This document shows positions 50,303 to 61,684 of a stretch of DNA of 64,000 nucleotides, in pieces. How positions within the stretch are numbered: the first letter of the stretch is position 1; each line of letters begins with the position of its first letter. The stretch covers positions 44,074 to 108,073 of the forward strand of contig NZ_DATKFQ010000010.1 of assembly GCF_035511235.1 (NCBI RefSeq). The letters run 5' to 3'. The notes beneath the pieces are model-generated. The model saw nothing but the letters and a program-made list of their open reading frames with translations, searched no databases and was not told the origin of the DNA. The position numbers and the translations under genes were made by a program. This DNA is from Dokdonella sp. Lineage in GTDB: Bacteria; Pseudomonadota; Gammaproteobacteria; Xanthomonadales; Rhodanobacteraceae.

Positions 50303-53152
50303 TCAGTTGGCGCTGCCGACGATCAGGTTGTCCAGCGTCGACCAGAAGAACGGGGCCGAGCCGGGGACCGCTTCCGGCGCGTCGATCGTGAGGCTGGTGA
50401 TCGGTGCGCTGGTCGTGAAGCCGCGGAACGTGCTCGCACCGGTGACGGTGACCGTCTCGACGGTTCCGTCGCTCAGGGTCACGACGACCGGCGTGCCGGT
50501 CGGCGCCACCGAGACGTCGGTCGCCCAGAAGTTGCCGCCGACCGCATTCACCGGCGTGGTGAACGTGATGACGATCTGGTCGCCCGCATTGTCGGTCGAG
50601 ACGATGCCCGGGTCGTTGTACAGACCGCTGACCGCACCGGCCTGCGTGAAGACCGTGTACGAGTAGCCGCTGCCGGAGAACGGCATCGGGCTGTTGACCG
50701 GACCGGTCGGGATGCTGGTGAAGGCTTCCTCGTAGAACGTCGCGCCGATCGCCGCCAGGAACGCGGTGCGGTCGGTGTAGACGGCCGGACCGCTGCCGCC
50801 GCAGCTGCCGTTGGACTCGTCGTCGAAGCCGTTGGCGTAGATGCGATCGCTCGGGCACGGAGCCGTCACGTCGAGCGTCACCGGCACCTGGACCAGCGGA
50901 TTGGCCGCGTCGTTGCTGGCTACGCACAGCGTCGCCGTGTACGACTCGCCGACGGTCAGGCCGGTGGCATCGACGCCGACGCTCACGTCGGTCGAGCTGA
51001 CCGGACCGACCGAGCCGCTGGCCGGCGTCACGCTGAGCCACGGCACGTCGGTCGGCGAATCGCAACCAGCCGGCGGACCGCCCGACGGGCTGACGTTGAC
51101 GACCATCACCAGGTGGAAGTCCGGGAAGCCGATGCCGGCCGTCGGCGTCGGCGTGGTGATCGCGCAGGTGGTCGACGAGATGAACGCGGTATGCGTCTGC
51201 GCCGAGGGGTTGCCGCCCGGGAACAGGCGACCCGAACCGGCCGGCACGCCGTCGACGTGATACTCCACGACGAGATCGACAGCGGAGGTGTCGGCAATGG
51301 TCGCACCGGTGATCGGCACGGTGGTCGTGGTCAGCGTGCCGCCGACGGTACCGGTGCCGGTGCCGATCAGCGTGAGCTGGGCGGTCGGAATCGTGTCGAC
51401 CGCGACGCTGCTCGGGATCGTGTAGACGTTGATCGTGACCGGCATGTTCGGACCGGCTTCGGTCGCGACCGTGACGGTGTTGATCTGCGCGCTGCCGCTG
51501 ATGCTGTGCTCGTCGAAGTAGAAACGGCGCCACCAGCTGTTGTCGGCCGTGCTGCCGGTCGCCACGTCGCCGGAACCGCAACCGACGCCGTTCAGCGCTT
51601 CGGGCGCGTTCGAGGCGGTCTGCGAGATGTCCACGGCGGTGCCGAACGGCGTCTCGACCGAGCGCAGCTCGATCTCGCGGCCGCGCAGCGGGTTCACCTG
51701 GACCGGACCCTTCGGCGAGATCTGCGGCGCCATGCCCGGCACCTTGCCGAACGAGACGTCGCCGATGTCGATCGAGGCGTCACGGCCGCTGCGCGAACGC
51801 AGGACCGACTCGTAGCCGCGCGGCGCCGACGACGTCGGGGCGGTCTCGTCGATCGTGAAGTTCAGCGTACCGCCGCCGTCGTTGGCGATCGTCAGCGGGC
51901 TGCTGCCGGTGGCGTCGGGCGCGACCGAGAAGCTCAGCGAGCCCGGCGTGACGGCGATGACCGGATCGGTCGGCGCGGTGCCCGCGGTGAGCTCGATGGT
52001 GTCGACCCACAGGCCGTTCGGCGCATCGGCGGCGACCGACGAGTCGCTGGCGACGCGCCAGCGCAGCACCACCGACTGACCGGCTGCCGCAAGCGGCAGT
52101 TCGACCGTGGAGGTGGCATAGGCCGGCGTCTGCTCGCCGGTCCAGGCCTGGCGGCCGCCGATCGGGCTGCCCCACGAGGTGCTGATCGTGCCGTTGTAGC
52201 CGCCGGCGGTAAAGCTGCCGCCCGCGGTCACGATATCGGTGAACGCGCCGCCGTTGATCGCGATTTCGAGCACCGCACCGTCGAAGCCGGTCTCGAGGTT
52301 GTACGCGAACCGGAAGTTCAGCACGCCGCCCGTGGCCGGCACGCTGATCGCCGGACTGTCGAGATAGGAGTTGCCGACCGTGACCTGCTCAGGCGCGAAG
52401 GCCGCGTTCGGTGCCGTGTCGACCAGGGTGGTCTGGGTCACGAACGCCACGCCCGAACCGTCGAACGTCGAGGTCCAGTCGGCCGGCAGCGCCGGGGCCG
52501 TGACGTCGTCGAAGTCCCACGCGTCGCCACCGCCGCCACCGCCGGTAACGGTGATCGTGTAGTCCTCGGCCTGGCCGTAACCGGCCGTGTTGCACGGTGT
52601 CGGGAACGTCGGCGGCGTGGTGCCGGTGTACTTCTTCTGCACGCGCAGGCGCGTGTCGCCGGCCAGCGCGGTCGCCGGAACGGCGATCGAACCTACGGCC
52701 TGGACGCCATCGGCGCCGGTGCTGTTGGCCAGCGTGCCGACCTGATAAAGCTCGTCGCCCGCGAACGTGCCGTCCTGGTTCCAGTCGACGTAGGCCATGA
52801 TGGCCGTCGTGAAGTCGCCGTCGGTATTGCCTTCGACCGCGATCGAATAGCTCGCGCCTGGATCCACCGTGCCGGTGACGGCGGTGAAGTCCTGATGCTG
52901 CGGCTGCGTGGCCGGCGAACCGACCGTGGTGGCCGATGCGTTGTCGATGCCGGCGAACAGCACGCGGCTGATCGGCTCGACGTTGTTGGAAAAGGCTTCC
53001 GCGCAATACGGCGCGGGGAAACCGCCGGCCGGCGTAACGGCGCTCAGGGTGGTGAACGGCAATGCCGTCGCCCACCGTGCTTGCTGCACACCCGCGGCTC
53101 CGGCAACGCCGGTCGCGAGGCAGGCAAGAACTGCCAGACTCAATCGCTTCAT
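50303..53152 (-). CDS. Large secreted multi-domain, non-catalytic protein (GEVED, jelly-roll, two Ig/BACON-like domains, internal DRIYANGFD)
   Basis: Signal peptide, WNQDGTF...GDTRLRV...GQAEDY (GEVED), VTPGSLS/WLSVTPASG Ig-like units, Thr/Gly/Ser-rich. Confidence 0.8.
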   Translation of the reverse strand: MKRLSLAVLACLATGVAGAAGVQQARWATALPFTTLSAVTPAGGFPAPYCAEAFSNNVEPISRVLFAGIDNASATTVGSPATQPQHQDFTAVTGTVDPGASYSIAVEGNTDGDFTTAIMAYVDWNQDGTFAGDELYQVGTLANSTGADGVQAVGSIAVPATALAGDTRLRVQKKYTGTTPPTFPTPCNTAGYGQAEDYTITVTGGGGGGDAWDFDDVTAPALPADWTSTFDGSGVAFVTQTTLVDTAPNAAFAPEQVTVGNSYLDSPAISVPATGGVLNFRFAYNLETGFDGAVLEIAINGGAFTDIVTAGGSFTAGGYNGTISTSWGSPIGGRQAWTGEQTPAYATSTVELPLAAAGQSVVLRWRVASDSSVAADAPNGLWVDTIELTAGTAPTDPVIAVTPGSLSFSVAPDATGSSPLTIANDGGGTLNFTIDETAPTSSAPRGYESVLRSRSGRDASIDIGDVSFGKVPGMAPQISPKGPVQVNPLRGREIELRSVETPFGTAVDISQTASNAPEALNGVGCGSGDVATGSTADNSWWRRFYFDEHSISGSAQINTVTVATEAGPNMPVTINVYTIPSSVAVDTIPTAQLTLIGTGTGTVGGTLTTTTVPITGATIADTSAVDLVVEYHVDGVPAGSGRLFPGGNPSAQTHTAFISSTTCAITTPTPTAGIGFPDFHLVMVVNVSPSGGPPAGCDSPTDVPWLSVTPASGSVGPVSSTDVSVGVDATGLTVGESYTATLCVASNDAANPLVQVPVTLDVTAPCPSDRIYANGFDDESNGSCGGSGPAVYTDRTAFLAAIGATFYEEAFTSIPTGPVNSPMPFSGSGYSYTVFTQAGAVSGLYNDPGIVSTDNAGDQIVITFTTPVNAVGGNFWATDVSVAPTGTPVVVTLSDGTVETVTVTGASTFRGFTTSAPITSLTIDAPEAVPGSAPFFWSTLDNLIVGSAN

Positions 53153-53482
53153 GTTGTAACCCCTAGTCGGTTTCGATGATCTCTGCGCACGGGGAAGAGA
53201 CCCGTACGGTTTCGTGAATAGGGCCGTCCAGCCCTGCAACTTTCACAAACGGAATCGAAGAACAGCCTGCACGTAAACCTTCCGCGACATCTCCATTACG
53301 AAAACGTTCACCGACTATATGTCTGGCGTCTGGCCCCGGCAAGCGTTTTGGAGAACCGTGACGGCGCTCACCGACGGAAGCGCACAACGGCGTGGTATTT
53401 AGTTTCAGACGCAACGAAATCCGCTGCGAAAGCGACCGCCGATCGCGGGTCCGCGCGGCTCGCCGCGTCCCTTCGCGCGCGG

Positions 53483-55354
53483 TCAGGGCTCCAGTTCGGC
53501 CCAGCGCGCGTAGGCGGCGTCGAGTTGTCCCTGTAGATCGGCCAGACGCTGATGGTGCGCCGCGACATCGGACGCGGGCTTTCGGTAGAACGCCGGCTCC
53601 GCGGCCGCCGCGGCGAGCGCGGCGACTTCGGTCTCGAGCGACTCGATCCGCGCCGGCAACTGCTCGAGCTCGCGCTGCTCCTTGTAGCTCGGCTTGCGGC
53701 GTTCGGCCGCTGGCCGCGCGGACGGCGCCGGAGACGGCGCGGCGGTCGGCTTGCGGATCTCGGCCGGCGGCGGTGCCGCGCGCTGGCGCAACCAATCGCT
53801 GTAGCCGCCGACGTACTCGCCGACGCGTCCGCCGCCTTCCATGACCAGGGTGGACGTCACGACCTGATCGATGAAGTCGCGATCGTGGCTGACCAGCAGC
53901 AGCGTGCCGGCATAGTCGGCGAGCAGTTCCTCGAGCAGCTCGAGCGTCTCCACGTCCAGATCGTTGGTCGGCTCGTCCATGACCAGCAGGTTCGACGGCT
54001 GCGCGAACAGCCGCGCCAGCAGCAGCCGGTTGCGCTCGCCGCCGGACAGGCGCGTGATCGGCGCGCGCGCGCGCTCGGGCGTGAACAGGAAATCCTGCAG
54101 ATAGCCGAGCACGTGCTTGCGGCGGCCGCCGACCTCGATGAACTCGCGTCCCTCGGCGACGTTGTCGAGCGCGTTCCAGTCCTCGCGCAGGCTAGCGCGG
54201 TACTGGTCGAAATAGGCGATCTGCAGGTTCGACCCGGTCACGATCTCGCCGCTGCGCGGCGCGAGCTGGCCGAGCAGCAGCTTGAGCAGGGTCGTCTTGC
54301 CGCTGCCGTTGGGGCCGATCAGGCCGATCCGGTCGCCGCGCAGAATCGTCGTCGAGAAATTCTCGATCAGATTCTCGGCGCCGTGACCGAACGACACGTC
54401 ACGGGCCTGGATCACCTTGCGCCCGGAGTTCTCGGCCGCGCCGGCCTCCATGCGCACGCGGCCGACCTGCTCGCGGCGCGCGGCGCGCTCGCGGCGCATC
54501 GCCTCGAGCCGGCGCACGCGGCCTTCGTCGCGCGTGCGGCGCGCCTTGATGCCTTGCCGGATCCAGACCTCTTCCTGCGCCAGCAGCTTGTCGAAGCGCG
54601 CCAGCTCCTGCGCCTCGGCGTTGAGGCGCTCCTCGCGGCGGCGCAGATAATTGTCCCAGTCGCCGGGCCAGCTGCTGAGACGGCCGCGGTCGATCTCGAC
54701 GATGCGCGTGGCCAGCGCGCGCAGGAAGCGGCGATCGTGCGTGACGAACACCAGGCTGCCGGACCAGCCGAGCAGGAACCGCTCGAGCCAATCGATCGCC
54801 TCGATATCCAGATGGTTGGTCGGTTCGTCGAGCAGCAGCAGGTCCGGTCCCGCGACCAGCGCGCGTGCCAGCAGCACGCGGCGCTTCATGCCGCCGGACA
54901 GGCGGCCGAAGACCGCCTCGCCGTCGAGGCCTAGCCGGCTCAGTGTCTCCTCGACGCGCCGCTCGACGTCCCAGCCCTGCCCGGCCTCGATGCGCGCCTG
55001 CACGTCGCCGAGCGCGGCCGCGTCCACCTCGTCGGCATGCGCCAGCCGATGGAAGCGCGCCAGCAACGCGCCGATCTCGCCGAAGCCGGCAGCGACCACG
55101 TCGAACACGCTGCCGTCGGTGCCTTCGGGCACCTCCTGCTCGAGACGCGCGATGCGCAGACCGTCCTGGCGGCGCAGGTCGCCGTCGTCGGCCTGAATCT
55201 CGCCGGCGAGCAGGCGCAGCAGGGTCGACTTGCCGACGCCGTTGCGGCCGATCAGCGCGACGCGCTCGCCCGCCTCGATCGAGAAATCGGCCTTGTCGAA
55301 CAGCAGCGGGCCGCCGACGCCGTAGTCGACGGCGTTGAGAGTGATCAATGCCAT
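53483..55354 (-). CDS. uup: ABC-F ATPase Uup
   Basis: Two ABC cassettes (GRNGVGKST and GPNGSGKTT), LSGGMKRR, LSGGERNR, C-terminal SYKEQRELEQLP coiled coil. Confidence 0.92.
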   Translation of the reverse strand: MALITLNAVDYGVGGPLLFDKADFSIEAGERVALIGRNGVGKSTLLRLLAGEIQADDGDLRRQDGLRIARLEQEVPEGTDGSVFDVVAAGFGEIGALLARFHRLAHADEVDAAALGDVQARIEAGQGWDVERRVEETLSRLGLDGEAVFGRLSGGMKRRVLLARALVAGPDLLLLDEPTNHLDIEAIDWLERFLLGWSGSLVFVTHDRRFLRALATRIVEIDRGRLSSWPGDWDNYLRRREERLNAEAQELARFDKLLAQEEVWIRQGIKARRTRDEGRVRRLEAMRRERAARREQVGRVRMEAGAAENSGRKVIQARDVSFGHGAENLIENFSTTILRGDRIGLIGPNGSGKTTLLKLLLGQLAPRSGEIVTGSNLQIAYFDQYRASLREDWNALDNVAEGREFIEVGGRRKHVLGYLQDFLFTPERARAPITRLSGGERNRLLLARLFAQPSNLLVMDEPTNDLDVETLELLEELLADYAGTLLLVSHDRDFIDQVVTSTLVMEGGGRVGEYVGGYSDWLRQRAAPPPAEIRKPTAAPSPAPSARPAAERRKPSYKEQRELEQLPARIESLETEVAALAAAAAEPAFYRKPASDVAAHHQRLADLQGQLDAAYARWAELEP

Positions 55355-55413
55355 GCCGGCATTCTAGGCGTTGCGCGCAGCGGCCGCGCGTACGCCGACG
55401 CGCGCGGTGCCGA

Positions 55414-56973
<1,560 letters not shown>

Positions 56974-57054
56974 CGCCGCATGATACCGGGGCGGCGTGAA
57001 CGTCCCGCCGCCGCTCGGCCGCGGCGCCCGTCGCGGGCACCGCGGCCGTATCGT

Positions 57055-60000
57055 TCAGCGCGTGCGGACCGGGAACGGCTGCCGCTGCGTCGACGGCGGC
57101 GGCTGCCGCTCGAGCGCGGCCAGCGCGACCGCGATCGCGCGATCGAGCTGCGGATCGCGGCCGGCGTTGACCTCGGCCGGCCACTGCTCGACCTCGATGT
57201 CGGGCGGCACGCCGACGTTCTCGATCGCATAGCCGTCCTCGGTGCGGATCGCCAGATTCGGCGCGGTCACCGAGCCGCCGTCCATCAGCGTCGGAAAGCC
57301 GAGGATGCCGACCAGGCCGCCCCAGGTGCGCTTGCCGACGACCGGCCCGAGCTGGAAGCGCTTGAACATCCACGGCAGCAGATCGCCGCCGGAGCCGGCG
57401 GTCTCGTCGGTGATCATGACCTTTGGACCGAAGATCGCGCCGCGCGGGCTGACCAGCTCCTCGCCGTAGCGCAGCGTCCAGTGCGCGATCGGCTGGCGGC
57501 GCAGGATGTCGATGTAGTAGTCGGCGATCAGGCCGCCGCCGTTGAAGCGCTCGTCGACGATGATGCCGGCACGGTCGGACTGCGGATAGAACCAGCGCTT
57601 GAAGCTGGCATGGCCGTTCTCGGCGGTGTCGGGCACGTGCACGTAGGCCAGGCGGCCGCCGCTCTTCTCGGTCACGTAGCGCTGGTTGCGCTCGACCCAG
57701 TCCAGATAGCGCAGGCCGCGCTCCTCGCCGACCGGCACGACGACGACGTCGCGCGCGCCCTTGCCGTCCGGACTCGGACCGACCGTCAGGCGGACCTGGC
57801 GGTCGACGCGGTTCTCGAACGGCGCGTAGACGCTGGCCGGCGCATGCAGCGGCACGCCGTCGACCGCGAGCAGGTATTCGCCGGCCTTGACCTCGACGCC
57901 CGGCGTGCGCAGCGGCGAGCGCAGATCCGGATTCCAGTTGAGGCCGCCGAGCACCTTGGCGAACCGGTAGCGGCCGCTCTCGACCGCATAGTCGGCGCCG
58001 AGCAGGCCGACCGGTACCTTCTTCGGCGCCAGCGGGTAGTCGCCCGGCGTCAGATAGCTGTGGCCGACCGCGAGCTCGCTGAGCATCATGCGGATCACGC
58101 GGTCCAGGTCGGCGCGCGTCGCCAGGTGCGGCAGGAACGTGCGGTACTTCTCGCGCATCGCGTTCCAGTCGGCGCCGTGGTAGTTGGTCGCGTAGAAGTA
58201 GTCGCGGTTGATGCGCCAGGCGTCGTCGAGGATCTGCGCCCATTCGGCGCGCGGGTCGACCGCCACCGAGATCCGGTCCAGCGCCAGCTTGCCCTTGCCC
58301 TGCGGCAGCTCGTCCTTGACCTCGCCGACGAACCAGTCCTGGCCGATCCGCCAGGCGATGCGCTTGCCGTCGCCGGACAGCATGAAGCCTTCGACCTTGC
58401 GCGCCAGCGTCTTGGTCTCGCGCGACTCCAGCGAGTAGCGCTTGAGCTCGGCGGCGCCGCCGAACGCCTCGAACGAGGTGCGGCCGACCGTCTCGAGGAA
58501 GAAGATCTCGCCGCTGGCGCCGACCGCCAGACCGTGCCGCGTCGCCTCGCCGACCGGCAGCGCGACGATGCGGTCGGCGATGCCGTCGGCGTCGATGCGC
58601 ACCACCGGCGGCTTCTTCTCGCCGTCCTTGCCGGCCTTGTCCTTCTTGTCGTCCTTGCCGTCCTCCTTCTCGTCACGCAGCGCGACCTCGTCGCTCTGCG
58701 GCGGTACCGGATTCGGGCCGTCGCGGCGCAGCGTAATCGCGTAGAGACCATGGCGCATCGCATTGTCGATGCTGATCTGCGAAAACCAGTCCTTGAGCGG
58801 GCCGGCGTCGGTCGAGGCCAGCACGTAGAGGAACTCGCCGTTCGGATCGAACACCGGCTGCACCATCTCGGTCAGGCCGTCGGTCAGCTGCAGCGAGCGG
58901 CCGCTCTCGACCGACCAGGCGTACACGGTCTGGATCAGGCCGGCGTTCTGCACCGTATAGGCGAGCCAGCGCGAATCGGGCGACCAGTTGGCGCTCATCA
59001 GGTCCAAGGGCGTGTAGACCGGCTCGGACGCGATCCGCGTCGTGCGGCCGCTGGCCAGCTCGATCACCCACAGCGACTGGCTGTTGTCCTGGTAGGCGAT
59101 GCGCTTGCCGTCCGGCGAGAACAGCGGCGTGTCGTAGTAGCCGGCACCGTCGAGCGCGTAGCGGCGCGGCGTGCCGCTGCCGTCCTGGTCGCCGACGTAC
59201 AGCGCGTACTCGCCGTCGGCGTCGGAGAACCAGGCGATGCGCCTGCCGTCGCGCGACCAGGCCGGCGAATGGTCGTTGGCGCCGGTCGAGCGCGTCAGCT
59301 GGCGCGGATCGCCCTTCTCGGCCGGCACCGTGACGATCTCGCCGCGGTAGTTGAACGCGATGCGCTTCAGATCGGGCGAGGCCGCCGCCTCGCGCACCCA
59401 TTTGAGGTCCGAGACCTGGCGCGGCCGCGTCTCGACCAGGTCCGAGACCACCGACAGGCGGATCGGCGCCACCGCGCCGCTCGCCGTGTCGAGCTGATGC
59501 AGGCGGCCGCCCTGCTCGAACACGATCACGCCGTACGGATCGGCGCTCGGGGCGGTCACCGGAAACCCGCTCAGCGCGGTCAGCGCGGTCGCCTTGGCCG
59601 CAGCGGCGTCGTAGCGGTAGAGATTGAACTCGCCGTCGCGGTCGGAATTGAAGTACAGCGTGTCGCCGATCCACATCGGATCGGTGTCGTTGCTGCCGCC
59701 GGCCGGCTTGGCGACCTCGCGCACCGCCTGGTCGGCGAGGTTCATCAGCCAGATGCGGCTCTGCGTGCCGCCGCGGTAATGCTTCCACTGCCCGAACGCC
59801 TCGGCGTTCGGCGTGTAGGCCAGCGTCCGCCCGTCCGGCGAGAGGGCCGCCTTCGAACCCGACGGCACCGGCAGGCGCTTGGGCACGCCGCCGCCGACCG
59901 GCACCGTGTACAGATAGGTCAGCCGACGCGTGAAGTGGCCTTCCTCGGACTGGAACAGGATCTGGCCGTCCGGCGTGAACCCGCGCACCACGTCGCTGCC

Positions 60001-60321
60001 GGGATGCCAGGTCAGGCGGCGCGCCTCGCCGCCGCCGGCCGGCATCACGTAGACGTCGAGGTTGTCGCCGTAGTTGGCGCTGAAGGCCAGCCACTGGCCG
60101 TCCGGCGAGAAGCGCGGCGCGCTCTCCTGCCCGGCCGCCTGGGTCAGCCGGCGCGCGGTGCCGCCGCTGCGCGAGGCCAGCCACAGATCGTTGTCGTAGG
60201 CGAACGCGATGCGGTCGCCGTGCACGGCCGGCGCCAACAGCATGCGCGTGTCGGCCAGATCGACCGCGTGGACCGAGACGGCGCCGAGCGCCAGCGCGGC
60301 GGCGGAGATTTTCAGCATCAT
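57055..60321 (-). CDS. Tricorn-like S41 protease (two propellers, PDZ, S41 catalytic domain)
   Basis: FAYDNDLW, PRFSPDG repeats, DERFNGGG, AGSGGDLLP, GKRTWGG. Confidence 0.95.
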   Translation of the reverse strand: MMLKISAAALALGAVSVHAVDLADTRMLLAPAVHGDRIAFAYDNDLWLASRSGGTARRLTQAAGQESAPRFSPDGQWLAFSANYGDNLDVYVMPAGGGEARRLTWHPGSDVVRGFTPDGQILFQSEEGHFTRRLTYLYTVPVGGGVPKRLPVPSGSKAALSPDGRTLAYTPNAEAFGQWKHYRGGTQSRIWLMNLADQAVREVAKPAGGSNDTDPMWIGDTLYFNSDRDGEFNLYRYDAAAAKATALTALSGFPVTAPSADPYGVIVFEQGGRLHQLDTASGAVAPIRLSVVSDLVETRPRQVSDLKWVREAAASPDLKRIAFNYRGEIVTVPAEKGDPRQLTRSTGANDHSPAWSRDGRRIAWFSDADGEYALYVGDQDGSGTPRRYALDGAGYYDTPLFSPDGKRIAYQDNSQSLWVIELASGRTTRIASEPVYTPLDLMSANWSPDSRWLAYTVQNAGLIQTVYAWSVESGRSLQLTDGLTEMVQPVFDPNGEFLYVLASTDAGPLKDWFSQISIDNAMRHGLYAITLRRDGPNPVPPQSDEVALRDEKEDGKDDKKDKAGKDGEKKPPVVRIDADGIADRIVALPVGEATRHGLAVGASGEIFFLETVGRTSFEAFGGAAELKRYSLESRETKTLARKVEGFMLSGDGKRIAWRIGQDWFVGEVKDELPQGKGKLALDRISVAVDPRAEWAQILDDAWRINRDYFYATNYHGADWNAMREKYRTFLPHLATRADLDRVIRMMLSELAVGHSYLTPGDYPLAPKKVPVGLLGADYAVESGRYRFAKVLGGLNWNPDLRSPLRTPGVEVKAGEYLLAVDGVPLHAPASVYAPFENRVDRQVRLTVGPSPDGKGARDVVVVPVGEERGLRYLDWVERNQRYVTEKSGGRLAYVHVPDTAENGHASFKRWFYPQSDRAGIIVDERFNGGGLIADYYIDILRRQPIAHWTLRYGEELVSPRGAIFGPKVMITDETAGSGGDLLPWMFKRFQLGPVVGKRTWGGLVGILGFPTLMDGGSVTAPNLAIRTEDGYAIENVGVPPDIEVEQWPAEVNAGRDPQLDRAIAVALAALERQPPPSTQRQPFPVRTR

Positions 60322-60568
60322 GCGGCGGCAACTCCTCTGCGGGGCGGTCGCGACGGCGACCGCGATGTCGGGAATGAATCGAGCATAACGCGCGCATCAC
60401 CGCCCTGACCCGTGACGAAAGCCCTGCCGGCAGTGCCGGCGCGAACGGCGTAAGATGCCGATGCCCCAAACGTTCCGCGCGACTGGCCCGGCCCGATCCT
60501 GTCGCCGTTTCGCTCCCCTCCACGTCCGCCGTCGGGCGTGCCGATCCTTCGCCGAGGGAGCCGTACCG

Positions 60569-61252
60569 ATGCCCGGCTACACCACCCGCCAGTTCGCCGT
60601 CCGCCTGGGCGGCCATCGCTATCGCATCCGCGCGCTGAGCGATCTGCAGCAGTTCGCCGACCCCGGCGGCGAGGCGGAGCGCGCCGGCATCTCGAGCGCG
60701 CAATGGAGCCTGTTCGGTCAGGTCTGGCCGGCCGGACGCGCGCTGGCCGAGGCGATGGCCGGGGCCGACGTCGCCGGCAAGCGCATCCTCGAGATCGGCT
60801 GCGGACTGGGCCTGTCCAGCCTGGTGCTCCAGCATCGCCGTGCCGACGTGGTCGCCAGCGACCATCATCCGCTGGCGCGCGCCTTCCTCGACCGCAACGC
60901 CCGGCTCAACGCGCTGGCGCCGATCGTCTATCGCGATCTGCCGTGGTCGCTGCCCGATGCCACGCTCGGCCGCTTCGACCTGATCATCGGCAGCGACATC
61001 CTCTACGAGCGCGGCCAGGCCGCCCAGCTCGGCGCACTGATGCGGCGCCACGCGCGGTCCGATGCCCAGGTGCTGATCACCGATCCCGGGCGCGGCCACA
61101 GCGGCGGCCTCAGCCGCCTGCTCGTCGAACAGGGCTACCGCCTCGACGAGACCTTCCATACGTTCACCTCGGGCGAAGCCGCGCCGTTCCGCGGCCGCAC
61201 GCTGAGCTACGTGCGCGGCAGCGCGATCTCGGCCATGGGCGGCATCCGATGA
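60569..61252 (+). CDS. Class I SAM-dependent methyltransferase (family-16-like)
   Basis: WSLFGQVWPAG, ILEIGCGLGL, IIGSDILYE. Confidence 0.88.
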   Translation: MPGYTTRQFAVRLGGHRYRIRALSDLQQFADPGGEAERAGISSAQWSLFGQVWPAGRALAEAMAGADVAGKRILEIGCGLGLSSLVLQHRRADVVASDHHPLARAFLDRNARLNALAPIVYRDLPWSLPDATLGRFDLIIGSDILYERGQAAQLGALMRRHARSDAQVLITDPGRGHSGGLSRLLVEQGYRLDETFHTFTSGEAAPFRGRTLSYVRGSAISAMGGIR

Positions 61253-61584
61253 GCGAGGACCGCACGCTGGACGACACCGAGATCGACCCGACCGTCTCGT
61301 GCACGGCCTGCGACGCGGTGTGCTGCCGGCTGACCGTCGTCGTGCTGCCGGGCGACCGCGTGCCCGGCCATCTGCTCGCGCACGATCCGAAAGGCCTGAC
61401 GGTGATGGCCCGCGGCGAGGACGGCTGGTGCGCCGCGCTCGATCCCGTGCACATGTGCTGCAGCATCTATGCGCAGCGCCCGGCGATCTGCCGCAAGTTC
61501 GCGATGGGCAGCGCGTACTGCCGCGCCGAGCGCGAGCGCTACGCGCAAGGCCACGACGCCCTTCAGGTGCGCGTGATCGACTGA
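61249..61584 (+). CDS. YkgJ-family cysteine-cluster protein
   Basis: CTACDAVCC, CAAL...CCSIYAQRPAICRKF. Confidence 0.88.
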   Translation: MSEDRTLDDTEIDPTVSCTACDAVCCRLTVVVLPGDRVPGHLLAHDPKGLTVMARGEDGWCAALDPVHMCCSIYAQRPAICRKFAMGSAYCRAERERYAQGHDALQVRVID

Positions 61585-61684
61585 GTGGCGCGCCGTGAGC
61601 GCGCCTGACTGAAACCGATACTTGCATCGATCGTGAAAACGGTCGTTCAATCGCCTGGCGGACCAGAACGTAAGTTCCGGTTCC

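Noticed and set aside
53153-53482. c-di-GMP or other riboswitch upstream of the adhesin-like gene
   Set aside because: No GGCAAACC/GCAAAG or other recognisable aptamer core.
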